Assembly (NCBI GenBank): GCA_009914755.4
Contig: CP068257.2
Span: forward strand, 20,000,001 to 20,064,000
Direction of reading: 5' to 3'
Source of the DNA: the human T2T-CHM13v2.0 reference genome, Homo sapiens
Length of the DNA: 64,000 nucleotides
Positions 1-15,967 of this stretch are shown here, piece by piece. Under the pieces are notes generated by a model. It did no database searches, was not told the origin of the DNA, and worked only from the letters and a program-made list of their open reading frames with translations. Position 1 is the first letter of the stretch; every line of letters begins with the position of its first letter. A program made the position numbers and the translations under genes.

Positions 1-819
1 GTCTTGGGGCTTGCACCCTCTGAAGCAATGCCTGAGCTGCATGTTGGCCCCTTTTAGCCATGGCTGGGATGCAGGGCAGGGCACAAAGCTCTGAGGCTGC
101 ATAAAGCGCAAGGCCGTAGGCCCACTACACAAAACCAATTTTTCCTCCAGGTCTCTGGGCCTGTGATGGGAGAAGCTGCTGTGAAGATGTCTGACGTGTC
201 CTGGAGACATTTTCCCCATTGTCTTGGTGATTAACACTTGGCTCCTCGTTACTTATGCATATTTCTGGAGCAGGCTTTAATTTTTCATCAGAAAATGAGT
301 TTTTCTTTCCTATCACATCAACAAGCTGTAAACATTCCAAACTTTAATGCTCCGCTTCCCTTTTAAGTATAAGTTCCAATTCCAAACTATCTCTTTTTGG
401 ATGCATAAAACTGAATGCTTTTAAGAGCACCGAGGTCATCTCCTGAATGCTTTGCTGCTTAGAAATTTCTTCTGCCCAATATTATATATCATCTCTCTCA
501 AGTTCAAAGTTCTGCAGATCTCTAGGGCAAAGGCAAAATGCTGCCAGTCTCTTTGCTAAAGCATAACAAGAGTGAATCTTATTCCAGTTCCCAACAAGCT
601 CTCCATCTCCATCTGAGATCACTTCAGCCTGGATTTCATTGTCCATATCACTATCGGCATTTTGGTGAAAGGCATTGAACAAGTCTCTAGCAAGTTCCAG
701 AATTTCCCAGATCTTCCTGTCTTCTTTGAGCCCTCCAAACTGTTCTAAACTCTGCCTGTTATCCAGTTCCAATGTTGCTTCCACATTTTCAGGTATCTTA
801 TAGCAGTGTTCCAGTACAT
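1..819 (-). mobile_element. THE1/MST-class ERVL-MaLR internal region (partial; element continues beyond window start)
   Basis: Sequence is the reverse complement of the MaLR internal region that follows the LTR in the full-length copies at 10033+ and 16335+. The minus-strand ORFs at 482-784 and 125-340 translate to the same peptides as ORF 10055-10363 and the 35882-36319 region. Junction with the LTR is at about 819/820. Confidence 0.8.
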
Positions 820-1195
820 TGTGTTAGTCCATTCTCGTATTGCTTTGAGAAAATACCCAAGACTGGGTAAGTGGTGAAGGAAAAAGCTTTAATTGACTCA
901 CAGTTCAGCATGGCTGGGAAGCCTCAGGAAACTTACAATCAAGGCAGAAGGGGAAATGGAAGCAAGACACCTTCTTCACAAGGTGGCAGAAAGGACAATG
1001 AATGCAGGAGGAACTACCAAACATTATAAAACCATCAGATTTTGTGAGAACTCACTCACTGTCACAAGAACAGCATGGGGATAACTGCCTCCATGATTTA
1101 ATTATCTCCACCTTGTATCTCCCTTGGCACATGGGAGTTATGGGGATTAAAATTCAAGATGAAATTTAGGGTGAGGACACAGCCAAACCATATAC
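820..1195 (-). mobile_element. THE1/MST-class MaLR LTR (5' LTR of the minus-strand element at 1-1195)
   Basis: Begins tgtgttagtccattctcgtattgc ... gactgggtaagtgg ... ctcacagttcagcatggctgggaagcctcaggaaacttacaatcaaggcagaagg and ends acagccaaaccatata. This is the reverse complement of the THE1-type LTR (tgatatggtttggctgtg ... gactaataca). Confidence 0.8.
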
Positions 1196-2010
1196 CCTTA
1201 TAAGCAATTGCTCAAATTTCCCTTTCAGCATTTCTTGTGTTTTAAAAAATATTATCTTAGTGAAAGTAACACATTTAAGTACATGAAAAGTATGTTACTA
1301 AAGCTTATGTGAAACTAGCTTTCTTCTGCCTGTTCTATTTTTGCTTCTCTCCACCAACACTTTCAGTACTAGAGAAAAATATTTTCAAGTCTTTCAGCTC
1401 TTCTTTCATATATTAGCTCTATGTTTTCAAATAATATGTTTATACTGTTCCTTTTTAAGTTTTCAACTTCAAATATATATAGTCTTCTTGTCAAATTAGT
1501 TGACAATATTAACCACCTACTTCCATTTTGCCTCAAATAGAATTTTGATTTTTGGTCAAATTATGAATTAGTATTTGCTTGAGCTGTGTAAATATTGAGA
1601 CTATGTTAATACTTCCACCAATGAGTCACATAGAACTAAAAAGAGGGGAGGCTATAATTATGATTCATTTTTTAGTTAAATAGGTTTTGCCCATCTTCTG
1701 CATCAAAACTGTCAAATTGTTTTTGGAAATACTATTTCCCAAATGCTCAAATGTGTCTGATAGCCTTCAATTTCCATTTTTCTTCTTGACTCTTCTGGCG
1801 CCACCTCCCCTGATTCCGTTTGCATTCTCAACTTCAAGCTGCCAGTTTTCATTCTTATGTTCAAGTTACCTGGCACCATACGTGCTGAACCTTCCTGGTA
1901 TTTGATGGGGCTTGTTTGCTCATAGATGATTTCTTCTTTAACTCTGCCATGTCAGCTACTGTATCTCTGTTGGATTAAAAAAAAATGTTGAAATCTCATT
2001 GGGGTTTGTA

Positions 2011-2516
2011 CAGTTGACCCCAGAGCAACATGGCTTGAATTGCACAGCTTCACTTATATAACGATTTTTTACAAAATATGTTTCACCGCGTGTGCCTACC
2101 TCTCCTGCTTCCACTTGCATCTCCTCCACCTCTTCCAGCTCTGCCATCCTTGAGAAGGCAAACCCAACCTATTCTTTCTCCTATTCCTCAGTCTACTTAC
2201 TCAATGTGAGGACAATAAAGAGGATGAAGACTTTTAAAACAATCGCTTCCACATCATGAATAGTCAATGTATTTTCTGTTTCTTATGATTTTTGTCATAC
2301 ATTTTATGTTCTCCGGCTTACTTTATTGTAAGAATACAGCATATTATAAATTTAACATACAAAATGTGTTAATAACTATTTATTTTATAGGTAAATCTTC
2401 CAGTGAATAATAGGCTATTAGTAGTTAAGTTTGTTGGGATTCAAATGTTTTATAGGGAATTTCGACTACACAGAGTATCTGCACCCCTACCCTTCACATT
2501 GTTAAAGGGTCAGCTG
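2011..2516 (+). mobile_element. Tigger1-derived non-autonomous DNA transposon (MITE-like internal-deletion derivative)
   Basis: 5' terminus cagttgaccccagagcaacatggcttgaattgcacagcttcacttatataacgatttttt matches the Tigger1 terminal inverted repeat (cagttgacccttgaacaacacgggtttgaactgcacgggtccacttatacgcggattttt). 3' part ...ttattgtaagaatacagcatattataaatttaacatacaaaatgtgttaat ... aggctattagtagttaagtttgttggg ... cccttcacattgttaaagggtcagctg matches the Tigger1 3' end and inverted terminus. Confidence 0.65.
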
Positions 2517-2723
2517 CACCTATTAATTTACATTTTTCTTTAGCTTATTTTCTTTATTTTAATTTTCAATAGGAGACAAAATAATTGCATGTTGTTCATC
2601 TACCTAGATTTTCTGGAAAGTTTTCTATTCGTTTTAATTTCTGTGGTTCCTGTCATAGTATATTTGAATTTCATATTTCATATTCCCTTTGGATTTTTGG
2701 TTAAAATAACTTTTTAATTTAAC

Positions 2724-6200
<3,477 letters not shown>

Positions 6201-7369
6201 TTTGGTGTTGAGTGGTGTTGAGTGTTGTTTCCAAACGGACTCACTTTTCCCCCTTAAAATCTTCCTTTGCATTCTCAAGAGTCTTAGCATTTTGTAAATG
6301 TTTTATTAAAGCATACAAAGAACTCAGAAATTATTTTTAGGCCCCTAAGTTTCTGCTCACAGATTTTAGTGACATCCCTGACTTGCTTCATAGTCACATA
6401 TAAGAATATATAAATCACTTTAAAACTGATTTTAGAATATTGCCTATGCTTTAAGAAGCTTCTTAAAATCAGTGGTCTACAAATATACACAGGTGTCTTG
6501 TTAAGTTAATCAGCATTTGTTCTTGAGAAACAGTCACCCAGGAGGCTGTGAGATATTGTAACTTTGGTGGTTGGAAATTTAGAACAGGAAAACTTTAGGA
6601 ATAATAAGTTTAAAATCATTTTGTATTCACCCTGGTGCTCCAACTTCACCGAATAGATCCATTGTCAATCAGTTAGAGATGGCAGCCCAGATTCCATAAA
6701 ATACATATTGATTTTACCCATAGACTTACCCTGGTCTGGGAATGCAAGTTTCAGATTAATGCTTCCATACTTTTTCTCTAAATTCCCTTTTAAATGGTAT
6801 TTGTCCCTCACAAGAAGAAAACAAAATCAAAACAAAAAAACCCTCATCACCAATTTAACTATTAAAAAATGGTTACAGATGTGTTGTTTATTTTTAGTTG
6901 TTAACTATGGTCTTTCATGTCTGTATTTAATGACAGAGCTCTGATTAATTTACTCTCAACAAGTATGCGTCTTATGTGTTTTTTTTTTCTATTTTGAGGT
7001 CTTTCAAGTGCTCTTGACAATAACATAAATTCTATCTGCCCATGTACATTGGAGCTCTATTATCATGGACTGTGAGTGTAAAAAGAGAAGCAGTAGATCC
7101 TCATTATATGCGGATTCAGTATTTGCAAATTTGTCAATTTCCTAAAATTATTTGCAGCCCCCAAATTGATACTTCCAGAGCTTTGATGATCATTCACAAA
7201 AATGCCCAGAACAGCAAAAAACTTGAGCCGTCCAAATTACACATTTTCAGCTAAGGTCAAATGTACCACTCTCTCACTGAATACATTTTTGTATTGAATT
7301 TTGTGCATGTTTTTTGTGCATGTTTTCTTCATTTTTTGTGCTTTCTGTTTTTGATTTTGCTGTTTAAAA

Positions 7370-7545
7370 ATGTTCCCTAAGTATAATGCTGAAGTGCTGT
7401 CTAGGGTACGTAGGTGCAAGAAGACTACAATGTGATAGAGAAAATAATGTGTAACATGAGTTTCCTTCAGGCATGTGTTGTAGTGCTGTTGGTCTTGCAG
7501 TCAATGTTAATGAATTAGCAAGATATATTAAATAAGACCCCTTTA
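7370..7545 (+). pseudogene. Remnant of a pogo/Tigger-like DNA-transposon transposase N-terminus (psq/CENP-B-type HTH), frameshifted and stop-ridden
   Basis: Read across two frames it gives MFPKYNAEVLSRVRRCKKTTM ... FPSGMCCSAVGLAVNVNELARYIK*. This matches the pogo-superfamily N-terminal motif I recall as ...KYNAEVLSSVPKHKKAVMCLTEKIRVLDKLRSGMSYSAVGREFNVNESTIYIK. I cannot name the exact family, and the extent of the surrounding element is not defined. Confidence 0.5.
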
Positions 7546-7777
7546 AATATAAACACACATAACACAAGGTGATGTAAAAGTTTGATGAAAATATTGTGAG
7601 CAGAATCTTGCAGCAACCTAACTCTGTATTTTCCTTAGGAGCAATGATTCTGTATTTGCTATACCAGTGTTGACAGTATAAAACATAACCACTGTGAATA
7701 ATAAGAATAGATTGTATTTAAATATTACCTTTGTGGATGCCTATTCTATTATAATTTGGAAATCTTGTGGTGGAAGC

Positions 7778-8082
7778 TATTGTGGTTTTTGTTTTGTTTT
7801 GAGACAGGGTCTTACTTTGTCACCCAGTTGGGAGTGCAGTTGCACAGTCTCGGCTCACTGTATCCTCCACCTCCTAGGCTCAAGTGTTCCTCCTGCCTTC
7901 CCAGTCCCCCAAGTAGCAGAAACCACAGGTGTGCGCCACCATGCCTGGTTAATTTTTGTAGTTTTTGTAGAGAATGGGTCTCACCATGTTGCCCAGGCTG
8001 TTCTTGAACTCCTGACCTCAAGCCATCTGCCCTCCTCGGCCTCCCAAAGTGCTAGATTACAGGCATAAGCCACTGCACCTGG
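7778..8082 (-). mobile_element. Alu SINE, antisense
   Basis: ttttgttttgttttgagacagggtcttactttgtcacccagttgggagtgcag ... cctcccaaagtgctagattacaggcataagccactgcacctgg. Confidence 0.9.
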
Positions 8083-8911
8083 TGTGTGTTTTTTTTTTTT
8101 TTTCGCCATTTCAAATCAAAGTTGGATTAATGGGTTGCCCTCATCTAATTTTTATTGTTATTCTAAGATAAATATTAACTAAGTTGATTGTCTTATTTTC
8201 ATTTCTATTTGCTCACTTTTATAAGCCATAAAAAGAGAAAAAGACCAAGTTTTATGTTAAAATGAATCTGTTTTGTTCTTATTTACAGAATTGTGTATAT
8301 ACTTTTAAAATCATCCCATTAAATTGCTTTAAAACTGTTTCTCCTGGGTTTTTTAGTAATTATAATTATAGCAATATCTGAACCCTTAAATCCCAAATAG
8401 TATGTTGTTTACCTGCTTCAGTAAGGATTTCTGAGTTACTTCGCTGGTAAAATCAATTGAAACATTTCTTTTTCTTGAAAAATTCTATCATCTTTTTTTT
8501 AAGTGATATAGAAAGAAATATTGACCTTCGCTTTTAAAATACAAGATTATCAACCAACTATAATCCTTTACAAAAATAAGTGCGTTTCACTATCATGCCA
8601 TATGCAATAATCAAATGATAATTTCAGTTAAAATAAAACAAGCTATAACTGAATATTTCAAATTATTATCCCAAGCTTTGACTTTATTTTATTTTCTCAC
8701 TAAGAATTACAGCTTCAGCAAAATATACTACAGACTAGTACATGGATAATAAGTTAGTGATTTAGATAGTTACTTGGATTTTTTAAATATTTAACTCTAT
8801 GTATTTGTATACATTCAAATCAGAGTCTCTTTTTTGTTGTTGTTTAATGTTAATGCAAATGAGTTTTGCCAACTATAGGCCTTTGAGAACTAACCTTGTA
8901 GTTCCATTGTA

Positions 8912-8951
8912 GGTCCATTATCAATAATTAAGGTCCATTATCAATAATTAA
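8912..8951. repeat. Perfect 20-bp tandem duplication (ggtccattatcaataattaa x2)
   Basis: Direct reading of aggtccattatcaataattaaggtccattatcaataattaag. Confidence 0.9.
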
Positions 8952-9240
8952 GATAAGATTGACCTTTTCTTGCCTTTCATATTTCTATTTTGGTGCAAAA
9001 ATGACTCTTCTCCCATTACAAAAAAAATCTTTGCAGTTGCTGAAGCAGAACAATTACTTTATTTCCACTTCAGAGAAATTTCTTTTTTGGAGGTTGAAAC
9101 ACCTGCTATGCATACATTATGTAAAGAACATACCAATCATTTAGAATGAAAGTTTGAATATAAATGTCAGACATTACTGAAAACTGTTTCATAATGTGCT
9201 TATGCATCAATTTCATTGTTTTACTCTTTTATTGCTATAG

Positions 9241-9325
9241 AAGCAGGCAGATATACGAGTGTGTGTATACATATATTTGTATACATATGTGTGTGTATTG
9301 TGTGTATGTAGGTGTGTAATTAATA
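9241..9325. repeat. Imperfect (TG)n/(TA)n purine-pyrimidine alternating simple repeat
   Basis: gtgtgtgtatacatatatttgtatacatatgtgtgtgtattgtgtgtatgtaggtgtgt. Confidence 0.7.
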
Positions 9326-9678
9326 GACAAGTATAACAACTAGTAATTAACAAATAAATAACATCAATTATTTACCTGTTTTAACATCACCTGGCCACAG
9401 TTCCACCTAAATGATGGCAACATGTTTCCAATCTGTGGCTTTCTGCTACGTTTTATTTGCCTTGGAATATTTGCATTTACTCATCAATGCTACAAACTTA
9501 CTTACATATTGTAGGGGCATGCAGATGTATTCCATGAGCTTCAATTAATAAATGATTGGGACTAAAAAGGAAAAAGTAAAGAAATTGAAATTTGACCTAC
9601 TGCCCAAAGCTTGCTAATTGCTTATTTTATTTCAGTTTTAATCTTCAGGTCCTGAGCAAATTATCCATCATAACCAGC

Positions 9679-11957
9679 TGATATGGTTTGGCTGTGCCCT
9701 CACTGAAATCTCAAATTGAGTTATATCTGTCAGAATTCCCAAGTGTTGTGGGAGCGACCTGGGGGAGGTAATTGAGTCAGGGGGGCTGGTCTTTACCGTG
9801 CTATCATCATGATAGTAAATAAGTCTCAAGAGATCTGATGGGTTTAACAGAGGTTTCTGCTTTTGCTTCTTTCATATTTTTCTCTTGCCACCACCATGTA
9901 AGAAGTGCCTTTCACCTGCCACCATGATTTTGAGGCCTCCCCAGGCAAGCAAAACTGTAAGGACAATTAAAACTCTTTTTGTTTCCAGTTTCAGGTATGT
10001 CTTTATCAGCAGCATGAAAATGAACTAATACAGTTAATTGGTACCAGGAGTGGTGTGATGCTGAAAAGACACCTGAAAATGTGCAAGAGGCTTTGGAACT
10101 GGGTAACAGGCAAAGGTTCTAACAGTTTGGAGGGCTCAGAAGAAGACAGGAAAATGTGGGAAAGTTTGGAACCTCCTAGAGACTTGTTGAATGCCTTTGA
10201 CCAAAATACTGATGGTGATATGAACAATAAGGTCCAGGCTAAGGTGGTCTCATATGGAGATGAGGAACTTGTTAGGAACTGGAGCAAAGATGACTCTTGT
10301 TATGTTTTTAGCAAAGAGACTGGCAGCATTTTGATCCTGCCCCAGAGATTTGTGGAACTTTAAATTTGAGAGAGATGATTTAGGGTATCTGGTGGAAGAA
10401 ATTTCTAAGCAGCAAAGCATTCAAGAGGTGACTTGCGTGCTGTTGAAGGTATTCAGTTTTAAAAGGGAAAAAGAGCATAAAAGTTCAGAAAATTTGTAGC
10501 CTAACAATGCAGTAGAAAGGAAAAACTCGTTTTTTTGAGTGGAAATTCAAGCTGGCTACAGAAATTTGCATAAGGAACTAGGACCCAAATGTTAATCCCC
10601 AAGACAGTGGGAAAAATGTCTCCAACCCATGTCAGAGATATTCATGGCAGCCTCTCCCATCACAGGCCCAAAGGCCCAGGAAGACAAAGTGGTTTTGTGG
10701 GCCTGGCCCACAGTTCTTGTGCTGTGTACAGCCTAGGGACCTGGTGCCCTGTGTACCAGCTGCTCCAGCCGTGGATGAAAGGGGCCAAAGTAGACCTCAT
10801 GCTGTGGCCTCAGGGGGTGGAAGCCCCAAGCCTTGGCAGCTTCCACATGGTGTTGAGCCTGTGGGTGCACAGAAATCAAGAACTGAAGTTTGGGAACATC
10901 CACATAGATTTCAGAAGTTGTATGGAAACACCTGGATGTCCAGGCAGAAGTTTGCTGCAGGACAGGGTGCTCATGAGAACCTCTGCTAAGACAGTGCAGA
11001 AGGAAAATGTGGGGTGGGAGCCAACACAGAGATCCAACTAGGGCACTGCCTAGTGGATTTGTGAGAAGAGGACCACTGTCCTCCAGTCCCCAGAATGGTA
11101 GATCCACCAATAGCTTGCACTGTGTGCCTGGAAAAGCTGCAGACACTCAACGCCAGCCCATGAAAGCAGCCAGGAGGAGAGCTGTACTCTGCAAAGCCAC
11201 AGGGGTGGAGCTGCCCGAGACTATGGAAACCCACCTCTTGCATCAGCGTGACCTGGATGTGAGATCTGGAGTCAAAGGAGATCATGTTGGAACTTTAAAA
11301 TTTGACTGCGCCACTGCGTTTCAGACTTGCATGGGCCCTGTAACTCCTTTGTTTTGGCCATTTTTTCCTATTTGGAATGGCTGTATTTACCCAATACCCG
11401 TATCCCCATTGTCTCTAGGAAGTAACTAGTTTGTTTTTGATTTTACAGGCTCATAGGTGGAAGAGACTTGCCTCATCTCCAATGAGACTTTGGTCTCTGA
11501 ACTTTTGGGTTAATGCTGAAACGAGTTAAGACTTTGGGAGACTGTTGGGAAGGCATGATTGGTTGTGAAATGTCAGGACATGAGATTTGGAGGGGCCAGG
11601 GATGGAATGATATGGTTTGGCTGTGCCCCCAGTGAAATCTAACTTGCATTGTATCCCCCATATTTCCCACATGCTGTGGGATGGACCCAGGGGGACGTAA
11701 TTGAATCATGGGGGCTGGTCTTTCCCGTGCCATTCTCATGATAGTAAATAAGTCTCATGAGATCTAACGGGTTTATCAGGGGTTTCCGCTTTTGGTTCTT
11801 CCTTATTTTTCTCTTGCTGCCATCATATAAGAAGTGCCTTTTGTCTCCCACCATGATTCTGAGGCCTCCCCAGCCATGTGGAACTGTAAGTCCAATTAAA
11901 ACTCTTTTTGTTCCCAGTTTCAGGTACGTCTTTATCAGCAGCATGAAAACTAGTACA
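9679..11957 (+). mobile_element. Full-length THE1-class ERVL-MaLR retrotransposon: 5' LTR 9679-10032, non-coding internal region 10033-11607, 3' LTR 11608-11957. It is flanked by a 5-bp TSD CCAGC (9674-9678 and 11958-11962)
   Basis: Both LTRs start tgatatggtttggctgtgcc and end (gaaaatgaactaataca / gaaaactagtaca). The internal region starts gttaattggtaccaggagtgg, which is the MaLR internal signature. The two LTRs differ by roughly 10-15% by eye, so the insertion is old. CCAGC immediately precedes the 5' LTR and immediately follows the 3' LTR. The ORFs at 10055-10363 and 10589-11429 lie inside the non-coding internal region. Confidence 0.9.
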
Positions 11958-14374
11958 CCAGCTGTATATAATTGGAACTTATATATGCCTTGTTCTTTCT
12001 CAACTTCTTTATCTAATCATTTTTCAGAGTCAACCACCTGAGAAGGTATATATACTTACTACTTTTTTTTAACAATCTGTTTCAGTCTGGATTACATTCT
12101 CATCTCTCTGTAGAATGTAGTGTCACAATTGTTAACTAACATTGGAGATCAGGTCCCAGATTTGATCCTCATTAAAGTCCTTCTTGAAACAGTATTTTCA
12201 CTTTGCTTTTCTGATAGCACATTCTCCTGGTTTTCATCCTGTTTCTTGATCTTCTCTCATCCTGCCTTATCCATCTCTACCTAGACATCAAATATTCATG
12301 TTGCCTGAAGCTTGGAACTTTAGTCTGGTTAAATTTGCCATATTTTCAAAGTAATTTTTCTGTATTAACTTCTTTCTTTCTTTCTCTACTCTTATGACTC
12401 CCAGCACTGACTTATTTTTGAATATCCACACTCATTTGTTCCAATGTTCATTTCACATCTCCACATTTTTTCCAGAGGCACCTTGAATTAAACCTATCCA
12501 AAAGTGAATCCATGAAACTTTATCAACAGTCTTTCAAAGCCAATGTTACCAATGACTTTACAATGATAAAATTCAGAAAAGCTGCAGTTCTCCCAGTGTC
12601 CTCTTCCGTGCTCTATTTAATTCATTACCAAACCCTATTTATTTTACTCATTAAATATCATTAGAATATGTTAATTGTTTTCTGTATGTTTCAGTCTCTC
12701 CTGGTTCATGTTAGTATCACTTCCTGCCTAGACTACTGCAGTGGTTTACTAACTGGTTTCTCTAAACCTACTTTTGCTTCCTTCCTTTAAATTAATTTTC
12801 CACACCTACATATGTAGTTAATATTATAAAATGTGATGTCAAAGATATTGGAAAGTCAATTAAGTATGTAAAGTTTAATGTTGTTATCAGATCTATGCTA
12901 GAAAAATATTTGGTAGCAGTGAAGCATTTGAGTGAAAGAAAGATTCTCGCTTTAGGAGAGTTGAGCTGATCTTAAGAGGCTCATGTAGTAAATGGTAACA
13001 GGAATGAGAAGGAGAGTTATCTAAGTATTAATCTTCTGCATTGTGCTTGGTGGTTAATAGGATATGGTGAAGAGTGAGATGCCAGGCCATGTGGGCAAGT
13101 ACAAAAAGCAGTAGCTGCCCTTTGCTAAAAAATTATTCATGATATTCCTAATTAGATTTAATGCACTGTTCTTTACAGCTCTCTAAGAAAATTATAACAC
13201 TCTCTTTGTCACCTATTAGCCATTATATATTTATGTGGGCACATGGGTATATATGCATGCACACATGAGGGTATATATGTGTATAAACCTATACATCAGG
13301 TTATGACAGTATGAGTGTGACTTCTTCTATTGGTCTTCCTCAGTGATCTACTGCTTTCTAGGAATATATTGCATCTGGAAACGTATTTCACAGATGAATC
13401 AGCCAATAATTTCTGAGCACATCAAATATCATTATCTAGAAATCATTTTCTTTGACTATAAACTTTTATACCTAACAAAAGTTTATTAATTTATTTATGA
13501 TGATAGCTGAAGTTATAGACTATATGTCAGAATTTATGAGTTTAATATTTTCTGGGCTTAAAAATTGCCAAGTAAGTCATCTTTCATGTGTTATATGGCC
13601 TAAATTAGCACTCTGAATAGCCCCATCTGTTAAAAAAAAAGTGTTCAAATATCTAACAATAATGAAAGAAAAGAGAACAGTTGTGACTTAGTAACTCAGT
13701 TAAGCAGAAGACTGAAAATCACATACATTTTGATCATCTGTTATTTTTCTTTTTATATGGTTATCATTTGTAATATTTGAAATTTGTTAAAGTCTATATG
13801 AATACTTTCTAAATATATACCATTCATCAACAAGGTGAGTAATAAATGTAAGCTATTTAATTTACATACCTAATTTACTGGCATTTGTCTTTGGAAAACA
13901 ATTTTGTATAAAAAATTACTTTGAAATGTAACAAGTATTTCATAGGCATTTAATAAAATTTCTTCATTTTAATAATTATTTTGAATATCCTTGAGAGAAA
14001 TTTAAGAAAAAGAATAAATACATTTTTCTTCTTATTTAACTTGTGTAGTTCCACTAGATTTTTTACTCCAAAACTTTTTTCTATGTTGTCCGTATTTAAT
14101 AGAGATATATGTAATCTACAGTAATCATATGGGAAAATATTCATATTTATAAGGATGTATATATTTAGTGTAAAATTATTTAGAAAATAAAATATTTTCT
14201 ACTGTACCAAGGTACAAATGTATTGAGCATAATATTTATGCAGTTTAAGTTTTTCTTAAACATATAAAAAATTATTGTAGCAAAATGGAAGGGTAACCAA
14301 ATTTGACTTTCAGTGTAACCAATTTTATATCACTGTTAAGTAGAACGACATTTGTTCAATTAAAATGGATTGAG

Positions 14375-14760
14375 TCTGGATTCTCTAAGAGAAAGAACCA
14401 ATAGAAATATATATATTTGTGTGTTTTTATATGTGTGTGGAGAGAGAGAGAGAGAATGTTATTATAAGAAATTGGTTCACATGATGATGGAGGCTGAGAA
14501 TTCTCAAGATCTTCAGTTGTTGAGCTGGAGGCCTAAGAGAGCCAGCAATATCATTCCAGTCCAAGTCCAAAGGTCTAAGAATCAGGAGAGCTGATGGTGT
14601 AAGTTCCAGTCTAAGTCTGAATCCAAAGGCAAGAAAAGACTGATGTCTAAGCTCAAAGACAGGCAGAGAGAGAGAATGATCTTATTTTACCCTTTTATTC
14701 TATTCATGCCTTCAAAAGATTGGATAATACTCAACTGTATCGGGGAGGTCCATCTGTTTT
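14375..14760 (+). mobile_element. ERVL/MaLR-class LTR fragment (gggttctc..agagaaacagaaccaatag type), containing a (GA)9 microsatellite at about 14441-14460
   Basis: ggattctctaagagaaagaaccaatagaaatatatat ... gaaattggttcacatgatgatggaggctgagaattctcaagatcttcagttgttgagctggaggcctaagagagccagcaatatcattccagtccaagtccaaaggtctaagaatcaggagagctgatggtgtaagttccagtc matches a common mammalian LTR family that I recognise but cannot name with certainty. Confidence 0.5.
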
Positions 14761-14929
14761 AATCAGTCCATACATGAACATGCTCATCTTTGCTGGCAAT
14801 ATCCTCACAGAAGCACTCAGAAATAATGGTTAATAAGTTATACACAGTCAAACTGACACATAACAGTAACCAGCAACTCATGAGCACACTTTTTAAAAAA
14901 TGTCCTTGTCTCAGAAATTGACAAAGATC

Positions 14930-15110
14930 AAGGCATAAAATAATAATGGTTAAGAGCACACCCCATGATGGCGGACTCCTTGGATTTGAATCTCAACTCC
15001 TCCACTTGTATAATAGGTCAATGATCACAGAAAATTCCATTATCCATTCAAAATGTTAACGTATTTATCTCTAAGAGATCATTATAACTCTGTCACAGAG
15101 CTATATTAAG
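14930..15110 (+). mobile_element. Possible diverged MIR-like SINE fragment
   Basis: ttaagagcacaccccatgatggcggactccttggatttgaatctcaactcctccacttgtataataggtcaatgatcacag ... ctgtcacagagctatattaagtctcagtg loosely parallels the MIR core (gggttcgaatcccggctctgccacttactagctgtgtgaccttgggcaagtcacttaacctctctgagcctcagtttcc). The match is weak. Confidence 0.3.
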
Positions 15111-15967
15111 TCTCAGTGATATAATCATGGAATTTTTAAAAATAGGTAGCCTATTATAAGTGTGAATGAAAATTTTAACCCTTTAAACATTTTGCTGAAT
15201 GATATAATGGAAATAAGTATATTGAGTCAACTGAATTCTACTTTACAATAGGGAAGTGGAAACTTTCAGTTTTATAATTTTTATTTACAGTAGGGTATGG
15301 AGGTTTACTAATCATCAAATTTACCTAGGCAAATCCAAGCCACCAAAATCAACATTTAATCTGACTGCTTAATTTATATAAGTGTGTATAAATTATGGAC
15401 ACAAATACACTTTTAAGCAGACATCTACCATTTTATTGTAAGTTTTGATAGTTTCATTGAGTTTAATACTTAGCACAACATGGATATTGACATTTTAAGA
15501 TGAAGGTCTTACATCACATCTGTAAATATTTCCAATGGAATCAAAACACAATAATTATGTAATATCCAGAATTATCTGCTTTCAAAAAAAAATTAACAGT
15601 GTTTGGTTTAACAGTCAGAAATTTTATCTTTTTCTCCTCAAACCAATTTCACTCAACTATCACTATTTAATAATCATTATAATGCATATATATTTAAAAA
15701 TAAATATTTTCTTGATATAATTTATTATTTGTGACCATAAGCATCTGTAAATAAAAAAAATCAAGAGTAAGTTATTCTTCTAGTAATTATTAGTCCCTGT
15801 TATAAATGATGTAAACTTATCATGTTTTCATAAACAACTTTAACAAATTAAAGTGATTTTTGAAAACACAGCTCTCTATGAGAACGTAATTTATATTAAT
15901 GATTAATTTATTATTACAATGGGACAGAGTTTACCATACATTCTATTCTTACTATTTTTTAGGTCAT

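Noticed and set aside
482-784. Around 100-aa ORF recurring at 482-784 (minus) and 10055-10363 (plus), with related reading frames in the other MaLR copies
   Set aside because: The recurrence reflects that these are copies of the same retrotransposon internal sequence, not a conserved host gene. The equivalent frame is broken by stops in the copy at 16335+ and partly in 35882-36319.
7694-8068. 124-aa ORF (7694-8068) and similar ORFs at 2777-3007, 18750-18984, 39401-39717, 62336-62615, 63048-63239
   Set aside because: All are read through Alu elements (antisense or sense), giving the familiar Alu-derived pseudo-peptides (...[39 protein letters not shown]...). They are not genes.
8912-8951. Short perfect tandem duplications (8912-8951, 21848-21887, 43651-43698) considered as possible CRISPR-like or structured repeat arrays
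   Set aside because: These have only 2-3 copies with no spacer architecture. They sit in a primate genome where CRISPR does not exist, and are consistent with replication-slippage microduplications.
10589-11429. Cluster of overlapping 137-150-aa ORFs on both strands (10589-11041, 10733-11146, 11007-11429)
   Set aside because: All lie inside the internal region of the MaLR element at 9679-11957. That region is locally GC-richer, so stop codons are rarer. MaLR internal regions are non-coding (no gag/pol). Overlapping ORFs in several frames on both strands are characteristic of chance ORFs, not genes.
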